Of a stretch of DNA of 64,000 nt, positions 57,719-64,000 are shown piece after piece. The stretch spans positions 96,001-160,000 of the forward strand of contig CAXWPL010000004.1 in assembly GCA_963666215.2 (NCBI GenBank), in the 5' to 3' direction. The position numbers and the translations under genes were made by a program. Numbering within the stretch: position 1 is the stretch's first letter; every line of letters begins with the position of its first letter. The DNA comes from Acidobacteriota bacterium. GTDB taxonomy: Bacteria; Acidobacteriota; UBA890; WLXD01. Below the pieces are notes generated by a model. That model did not search any database. It was not told the origin of the DNA and was given only the letters and a program-made list of their open reading frames with translations.

Positions 57719-58789
57719 GTGGGACCCAAGCTAGGAGCATCCGTCGCCCTCACGGGGCCAGAGGCCGAGTATGGGGCCCAGCTCCGCGTGGTCATCGAGC
57801 TAGCCCTGGCGGACGCCGGCCTGCCGGGTGTGGAGCTCGAGGTCGTCGACGACGCATCAGATCCGACGCGCGCCGTGCAGGCGGCCGAAGCATTGATTGA
57901 CGATCCTGCTGTTGTTGCCGTGGTAGGCCCGATGAACTCCTGGACCTGTGCCGTTCAGGCGCCGCTGTTCCACCAGGCGGGTCTGCAACACATCACGAAC
58001 TCGGCGTCGGCTCCGGAGCTTTCCAGGGGCGGTTGGCAGACCTTCCGGCGAATGTGCCCTGCCGACGACCTTCAGGGAGACGTGCTCGCGGCGGTAGCTC
58101 ATCGGCTCGTCGAGGCAAAGCGGGTGGCGGCGATTCACGACTGTACGAGCTTCGCCGAGCCGCTCGTGGACCGCTTCTCTGAGCGTGCCGGCGAGCTCGG
58201 GCTCGAGGTCGTACCGGCCGTCGGCATGACGCCCGGCCAGGTGCCCGATGTTCTGCTGGAACCACTCGTCGCACGGCGGCCACAGGCGCTGCTGATCGCC
58301 GGCCTGGAGGAACCGTGCCGGGTCGCCGCGCAAGCCATGCGCAGACTCGGCAGCGATGCCGTCTTGCTCGGCACCGATGCCATCAAGCCCACCCGAGTGC
58401 TCGTCACCGACGGGCCCTACGAGGGCCCGTACCTGACCTGTTCAACCGCCAATGCAGCGAGCGTGGCGCCGCTGCTCGATGCACGCATCCGCGAGCGCCA
58501 CGGACGCCACGACTCGATCTACACCGTGGAGGGATACGACGCGACGCGGATGCTGCTCGAGGCGCTGAGACGAGCTCTCGCCGGAGCACAGCAAGGCGAT
58601 CAGCGCGACGACGATCTCAGGCGCCGCGTCGGGGTGGCGCTCGCCGGGCTCGACGACTTCGCCGGCGCCGGTGGCCCGATTCGCTTCGACGATCGCGGCG
58701 AACGTCTCAACCCGATCGTTTCCATCTACCGCCAAGAGGGATCCGAGCTCCGCTATCTCGGAACCGCCGACGACATCGTGCCGTTGTGA
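57719..58789 (+). CDS. LivJ/LivK-fold ligand-binding protein without signal peptide
   Basis: KLG....LTG, DDASDP, VVGP.NS, FRR....D.QG, YDA, I.FD..G; AAGGAG RBS before GTG. Confidence 0.8.
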   Translation: MGPKLGASVALTGPEAEYGAQLRVVIELALADAGLPGVELEVVDDASDPTRAVQAAEALIDDPAVVAVVGPMNSWTCAVQAPLFHQAGLQHITNSASAPELSRGGWQTFRRMCPADDLQGDVLAAVAHRLVEAKRVAAIHDCTSFAEPLVDRFSERAGELGLEVVPAVGMTPGQVPDVLLEPLVARRPQALLIAGLEEPCRVAAQAMRRLGSDAVLLGTDAIKPTRVLVTDGPYEGPYLTCSTANAASVAPLLDARIRERHGRHDSIYTVEGYDATRMLLEALRRALAGAQQGDQRDDDLRRRVGVALAGLDDFAGAGGPIRFDDRGERLNPIVSIYRQEGSELRYLGTADDIVPL

Positions 58790-59526
58790 GGTCGGGCTTG
58801 GAGGGGCTCCAGGCGCTGGTCACTGGTGGCGGCCGGGGGATCGGACTGGCGATCGTCCGCGAGCTGGCAGCACGCGGTGCACGCGTCGTCGCCGGCGACC
58901 TTCCCGCCGTTCTCGAAACCTGGCCGGGAGTCGACGGCGCCGTGCCGATGGTGCTCGACGTCACCAGCGAGGCGGGGCGCGGCGCGGTTGTCGATGAGCT
59001 CGCCAAGCAACCCGGGCACCTCGACATCCTGGTGAACAACGCCGGCGTTCACCTCGATCGGCCGCTCGAAGCGGTCACCGACATGGACTGGAATCGCGTG
59101 CTGTCGGTTAACCTGCAGGGTGTCTACTTCCTTTGCCAGGCAGCGTTGCCACTGCTGCGGGCCACAGCCTCGCCGGCGATCGTCAACCTCGCCAGCACGT
59201 CGGCCTACGTTGGCTCTCCCGGCCAATCGGTGTACGAAATCTCCAAGGCCGGGGTCGTCATGCTGACCCGGTCGCTGGCGCTGGAGCTCGCACCTTGTGG
59301 GGTACGTGTCAACGCCGTCGCACCGGGGCTCATCGACACCGACATGTCCCAATCGTTGTTCCCAACACCCGAGGCAATGCGAGACCGCGCCCGAGACAAC
59401 GTCCCGATCGGCCGACCAGGGGAACCCGCCGAGGTGGCCCGAGCGGTAGCGTTCCTGGCGTCGCCGGACGCCAGCTACGTGGTCGGCCACACACTGCTGG
59501 TTGATGGTGGCTGGATGCTGCGATGA
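58786..59526 (+). CDS. Short-chain dehydrogenase/reductase
   Basis: TGGGRGIG, NNAG, YEISK, VNAVAPG. Confidence 0.9.
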   Translation: MRSGLEGLQALVTGGGRGIGLAIVRELAARGARVVAGDLPAVLETWPGVDGAVPMVLDVTSEAGRGAVVDELAKQPGHLDILVNNAGVHLDRPLEAVTDMDWNRVLSVNLQGVYFLCQAALPLLRATASPAIVNLASTSAYVGSPGQSVYEISKAGVVMLTRSLALELAPCGVRVNAVAPGLIDTDMSQSLFPTPEAMRDRARDNVPIGRPGEPAEVARAVAFLASPDASYVVGHTLLVDGGWMLR

Positions 59527-60239
59527 GCGTGCGAGGAGGAGGACACGGCACCATCGGCGGGTGCCTGATCGTGACGTTCATCGCGCTTTGGTCCACATCA
59601 GCACTCTCGTCGGCGGGACCGCTGACATCACGTCACCTCAGCGTGCCGCTCGACTCGAGCTCGTCGGGGTTCCTTACGTCAGTGACCGGGCTACAGTGCG
59701 ACAGTTGCCATGGTGTGCCGCCTGCGACCGGGGCCCATGCCGCGCACGCGGACTGGGATTCGTACGACTTCGGTTTCGACTGCAACAGCTGCCACTTTGA
59801 GACCTTCCCGCAGCTGCACGACGACGGCACCGTCGACGTGCGCCTCAGCCCCACGTTACCGACGATCGGCAACATCGGCGTCACGTACGGGAACGGCACC
59901 TGCTCCGACTCCTACTGTCACTCGGACGGCCGGGGCAAGGCCCGCGCCGTGAGCTGGAACGACGGCACGGTACTCGGTTGCGATGGCTGCCACGACTACC
60001 GCACCAGCCTCGAGATCGACATGTCCGGGAACCACCAGTTTCATCTGAACTCGGGGGTCGAATGTGCCGCGTGCCACGCCGAGATCGTCAACGTGGCCGA
60101 TCTCGTCACTGAGTTTCCGCGGCACGTCGACGGCACGGTGGATGTCGCGGTTCTCGCCGGCGACTATGACGCTGGCACGGCGTCGTGCCAGAACGGATGT
60201 CACGAAACGCGCGTGTGGCCATCCGGCGGCCGGCCTTGA
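59523..60239 (+). CDS. Small multiheme cytochrome c with CxxxxCH/CxxCH motifs
   Basis: Signal peptide; CDSCH, CNSCH, CSDSYCH, CDGCH, CAACH, CQNGCH. Confidence 0.82.
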   Translation: MSVRGGGHGTIGGCLIVTFIALWSTSALSSAGPLTSRHLSVPLDSSSSGFLTSVTGLQCDSCHGVPPATGAHAAHADWDSYDFGFDCNSCHFETFPQLHDDGTVDVRLSPTLPTIGNIGVTYGNGTCSDSYCHSDGRGKARAVSWNDGTVLGCDGCHDYRTSLEIDMSGNHQFHLNSGVECAACHAEIVNVADLVTEFPRHVDGTVDVAVLAGDYDAGTASCQNGCHETRVWPSGGRP

Positions 60240-60269
60240 CCTCGCCACCACCCGGGGCGAGCGAGCATC

Positions 60270-62402
60270 TCATTCGGGCAGGGCGAATACGAACAGCGCC
60301 AGACTATCGTGGGGCGGCTTGAGCTCGGGATGAATCGACAGCGCCCGCCGCTCGGGCGAGGCGCTACCACCACCAACCGCTACGGCGATGTACTGGCGGC
60401 CGTCGACAGCATACGAAATCGCGCTGCCGGAGACCGGGCCACTGACGATTGTCTTCCAGAGGATCGCGCCGCTGGTGTCGTCGAAGGCCATGAACCGGCG
60501 GTTGACGTCGCCGACGAAGACGAGCCGACCCGCGGTCGACACCATGCTGCCGATCATCGCGGCGCGCTGCTCGTAGTGCCAGGCCTGCCTGCCGGTGGCG
60601 ATATCGATGGCGTCGACCCGTCCCACCGGATAGGGATCACCGTCCACGGCCGGGTCCTCGACGACGATCCAGTTGAGAGCGTAGCCGTCCTCCGCCGTCG
60701 GGGTGTCGGTGTAGCCGGAATTGAGCACACACATGTTCTGCTGCGGCTGGTACATCACGCCGGTGAGGGGGCTGTAGGTCCCCGCCGCCCAGTTCTTGCC
60801 ACCGCCCAGTGAAGGACATACGAGGATCTCGACGAACGGCCCCACGATGAGCTCCTCGTTGACCGAGACCTTTCCGGTGGCGCCGTCGATGCCGGTGATG
60901 ACGTTCTGGTGCAGCGTCTCGCGCGCCCAGAGAAACTCACCGGTCTCGCGGTCGAGCGTGTAGACAACACCGGTCTTGCCGGGAATGCCGGTGACCACGC
61001 GACGCCTCTCGCCGGGCGTCAAGGCCGGGTTGATCCACGCCACCTCGGACGGATCGGGAGCGACCTCGACGTCCACGAGATAGCGTTCGAAGACGTGGTC
61101 GAGATCCCAGTTGTCGCGCGGCAGGTGCTGGTAGTACCAGACGATCTTGCCGGTATCGGGATCGGTGGCCAGGGTGCTGTTCGAGTAAAGAACGTCGTGC
61201 CCCGCTGTGCCGCGCAGCACCTCGAGAGACGGGGCGGCAACGGAGGTTCCCCAGTAGATGAGATTCAGCTCGGGGTCGTAGCTCGGAACGTTGGCCCAGG
61301 AGCCGACGTGCCAGCGCTTCTCGTCGGCCAGGCCGCCCCAGGTCTCGTCACCGGGCTCCCCCGGCCGCGGAATGGTGCGTGTCCGCCAGAGCTGCTCTCC
61401 CGTATCGGGATCGTGGGCGGCGAGGTAGCAAACCTCCGGGCCACCACGCGCCGAGCAGGAGCGGCCGCTGACCACCTTGCCGCCGGCAATCGTCGGACCG
61501 GCCTGGTGACCGATCCCCTCGTCGGCGCCGAATTCCTGGACCTGCCATAGCAGCGAGCCGTTGCGCGCGTCGAGCGCGATCAGGTGGTTGTCGTCGGTCA
61601 GGTGGAAGATCTTGTCGTCAAGAATCGCCAGGTTGCGCCGGTTCCGCGAGCGCCGGACCGACCCCAGCCGGCGCCGATACTCCCAGATCAGGTCGCCTGT
61701 CGTCGCGTCGAGCGCCTGAATGACATCGTCGGGATTGCCGATGTACATGACGCCGGCGTGAACCAATGGCGTCGCGTACTGCCCTCCCGACTCCATCGCC
61801 CGAGACCAGACCAAGCGCAGCTCGCCGACATTGTCCCGGTCGATCTGGTCGAGCGGGCTGTGGGCCCAGCCATCGTAGGTGCGTCGGTACATCAGCCAGT
61901 CTTCGTCGGGTGGATCGGCGAGCATCTCGAGGGTGACCGGCGCGTAGTTCTCGACCTCGCTCTGAGCGAGGCCCTGCAGGTCTACCGTCCGCGTCGGCTG
62001 CCGGCTCAGGCTGCGGACGTAGGCCACCAGGGCAACGAGATCGTCGCCGCGGATCTCCGGGAACGGCGGCATACGGAAGCCGCCGTACTGGATGGTCCTG
62101 GCGATGACCATGTCGGCGCGCTCCTCCATGTAGACGGAGTCGCCGATATCTGGCGGCCGCGACTCCGGGCCGGCGCCGTCAACCAACCTGCCCGCGCCCA
62201 CCGACGTGTGGCAAGCAAGGCACTGATTGCTGTAGATCTCGGCGCCGCGCTCGAGCATCGCCTCGGTGACGATGATGGTCGGCGGCGCCTGCGCCGAAGC
62301 CAGCGTCGCGGCCAACATCACGATCGCCGCCGACACGACCGCTGACACGACGATCGCGCCGGCGACGCTGATCGACCAGCGATCCGACGTCGACGGCCTC
62401 AC
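60270..62402 (-). CDS. PQQ-dependent dehydrogenase with N-terminal cytochrome c domain
   Basis: CLACH; WLMYRRTY...HSPL.QI, ALDA.TG..IW repeats, DNWDLD, GGKNW, GRQYIAV. Confidence 0.85.
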   Translation of the reverse strand: MRPSTSDRWSISVAGAIVVSAVVSAAIVMLAATLASAQAPPTIIVTEAMLERGAEIYSNQCLACHTSVGAGRLVDGAGPESRPPDIGDSVYMEERADMVIARTIQYGGFRMPPFPEIRGDDLVALVAYVRSLSRQPTRTVDLQGLAQSEVENYAPVTLEMLADPPDEDWLMYRRTYDGWAHSPLDQIDRDNVGELRLVWSRAMESGGQYATPLVHAGVMYIGNPDDVIQALDATTGDLIWEYRRRLGSVRRSRNRRNLAILDDKIFHLTDDNHLIALDARNGSLLWQVQEFGADEGIGHQAGPTIAGGKVVSGRSCSARGGPEVCYLAAHDPDTGEQLWRTRTIPRPGEPGDETWGGLADEKRWHVGSWANVPSYDPELNLIYWGTSVAAPSLEVLRGTAGHDVLYSNSTLATDPDTGKIVWYYQHLPRDNWDLDHVFERYLVDVEVAPDPSEVAWINPALTPGERRRVVTGIPGKTGVVYTLDRETGEFLWARETLHQNVITGIDGATGKVSVNEELIVGPFVEILVCPSLGGGKNWAAGTYSPLTGVMYQPQQNMCVLNSGYTDTPTAEDGYALNWIVVEDPAVDGDPYPVGRVDAIDIATGRQAWHYEQRAAMIGSMVSTAGRLVFVGDVNRRFMAFDDTSGAILWKTIVSGPVSGSAISYAVDGRQYIAVAVGGGSASPERRALSIHPELKPPHDSLALFVFALPE

Positions 62403-63946
62403 TGCCCGTCCACCGCGAAGGCGCGCACCTCGTTGCGCTCACCGGGCCGAGCCCCTCCGAGCGCCGAGTGGTAGCCGGCGCCGACGACGAGGATCCCCTC
62501 ACCGATCGCGGCGCCGCCCTGGATGCTGACGCCACCCTCGAACTGGTAGTCCCAAAGCACCTCGCCCGTGTCCGGGTGGTAGGCGCGCAGCTTGCCGCCG
62601 TTCGAGCCGACGAAGACGACGTGGTCGCCGGCCGGTCCCGAGATGGTCACCGGCGCATGGTTGACGCCCTCGTCGTTGAGCGTCTCCCAGCGGATCTCGC
62701 CGGTCTCAACGTCGATGGCCGAGAGCGTGCCGGTCCCGGCGGCGATGGCCGAGTAGACGTTCACTCCGTCGTAGGCCGAGCCGAACTCGATGCCGCCGAG
62801 GCCGCCGCCCCGGCCAACCTTCGTCTCCCAGAGCTTCTCCCCGGTGTCGGGGTCGAACAGGTACAACCAGCCGCTCTTCTGGCCCACCGCCAGCCACCTC
62901 GTCCCGTCGGGTCCGCCGACGAGCAGCGGCCCCGAACCGAAGTCGAGGTCGGGGCCGGTGTCGTCTCCCTCGAGGCGCTCGTTGGTGTAGAGATCGTCGG
63001 CGCCCGGCTTCGCCTGGTGCGACCAGTGGAGCTCTCCCGTCTCCATGTCGAGGGCCAGAACAGCCTCCGCCAATCCCAGGTGTTCCTTCGGCCCGGTGTA
63101 CGGATTTCCCGTTGCCGCGAACACCCGCCCGCGGCCGGGGTCGAGACTGACGGTCGCCCACACCGACGCGCCCGATGGTCCGTAAACCGGCCGGTCGCCG
63201 TACTTGGTGCCCGTTTGCGCCGCCTGTACGGGAATGGTGTAGAAGCGCCAGATCTCCTCGCCCGTTTCCTGGTCGAGACAGACGACGCTGCCGCGGAAGG
63301 TATAACCGTCGTACAACGGATTCACCCGGATGGCCGATTCCTCCAACGACGACACGCCCACGTAGATCCGACCCTCGTGGATCCTCGGTGTCGAGAAGAC
63401 CCGCGTGTGTGGATGATCCTCGAGGCGATGACGCCAAACCAGCTGACCGTCGGCGGCGTCGACGGCCGTGAGGTAGCCACCCGTGTCGCCGAAGTAGACG
63501 TGCCCATCGCTGACGTTGAGACCGCTCCGGATGCCGATCCCGCGCTCGATCCAGGCGCTCTCTTCCCCCACGAGCTCGCGCGCGTTGAACCGCCAGATCT
63601 CCTCGCCGGTGGCGGCATCGACGGCGTGAACGACACCCGCCCAGGTGCCGACGTAGACAACACCATCGACAATCGAAGGCGTCGAGGGAGGCATCTCCTC
63701 CACCGGGAATACCCACTTGGTCTGCAGTCGTGCCACAGTCGATGCTGTGATCTGCTGCTCGGCGCTGTTGTAGTTGGTGTTGTGGATATCGAAACCGTAC
63801 TCGGCCCACGCCGAGCCCCCTGGCGACACCGTCGCGACCGGATCGCGGGCAGGTACCGCCGCATCATCGCCGGATCGCGGCCCGCAGCCCACGGCAACGA
63901 GCAACACTCCGGCGACGACGAACAAGCGAAAGTCGGTCCGTTTCAT
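62399..63946 (-). CDS. PQQ-binding beta-propeller lipoprotein (polyvinyl-alcohol dehydrogenase-like)
   Basis: VAVGC lipobox; VSSLEE, TFRGSVV.LD, SGASVW, ATGN, GPDLDFG, GQKSG. Confidence 0.8.
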   Translation of the reverse strand: MKRTDFRLFVVAGVLLVAVGCGPRSGDDAAVPARDPVATVSPGGSAWAEYGFDIHNTNYNSAEQQITASTVARLQTKWVFPVEEMPPSTPSIVDGVVYVGTWAGVVHAVDAATGEEIWRFNARELVGEESAWIERGIGIRSGLNVSDGHVYFGDTGGYLTAVDAADGQLVWRHRLEDHPHTRVFSTPRIHEGRIYVGVSSLEESAIRVNPLYDGYTFRGSVVCLDQETGEEIWRFYTIPVQAAQTGTKYGDRPVYGPSGASVWATVSLDPGRGRVFAATGNPYTGPKEHLGLAEAVLALDMETGELHWSHQAKPGADDLYTNERLEGDDTGPDLDFGSGPLLVGGPDGTRWLAVGQKSGWLYLFDPDTGEKLWETKVGRGGGLGGIEFGSAYDGVNVYSAIAAGTGTLSAIDVETGEIRWETLNDEGVNHAPVTISGPAGDHVVFVGSNGGKLRAYHPDTGEVLWDYQFEGGVSIQGGAAIGEGILVVGAGYHSALGGARPGERNEVRAFAVDGQ

Positions 63947-64000
63947 ATCTGGATCTCCAATGCGTCTCGCGAGCTCGAAGTAGGTGGTCGGCGCCGGCGG

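Noticed and set aside
1-64000. tRNA, rRNA, CRISPR arrays, riboswitches, integrases
   Set aside because: None recognisable by eye; a covariance-model search would be needed to exclude small RNAs.

Overview
High-GC bacterial DNA. An ADOP permease/PadR pair, a CRTAC1+TPR pair, DUF885 and VPS10 genes suggest Acidobacteriota or a similar lineage (inference). Positions 1-6.2 kb hold an Rv0249c-Rv0247c-type sdh operon whose SdhA is catalytically gutted and frameshifted, followed by an intact frdABCD. Positions 6.2-11.5 kb are a debris zone (sdhB relic, PIN fragment, 129-bp MITE, AAA/DUF4143 ATPase, truncated ECF sigma) plus the ADOP/PadR pair. The main observation is at 11.7-60.2 kb: 12 predicted transcription units in 6 divergent pairs. 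Each of the 6 divergent intergenic regions carries two copies of one 18-bp imperfect palindrome (ttY-DACY-N4-RGTH-Raa), often inside a -35/-10 spacer, and a KstR2-like TetR gene lies within the block. This candidate regulon encodes an archaeal/PhlACB-like thiolase + dead HMG-CoA synthase + DUF35 trio, an atypical B12 acyl-CoA mutase, F420 enzymes (CofE, Fno, 3 LLMs), E1/E2 2-oxoacid dehydrogenase, biotin carboxylase/BCCP, transporters, secreted proteins and a small CxxxxCH multiheme cytochrome. Its substrate is unknown. Two PQQ-type dehydrogenases close the window. All calls come from motif recognition by eye; no database searches were run.
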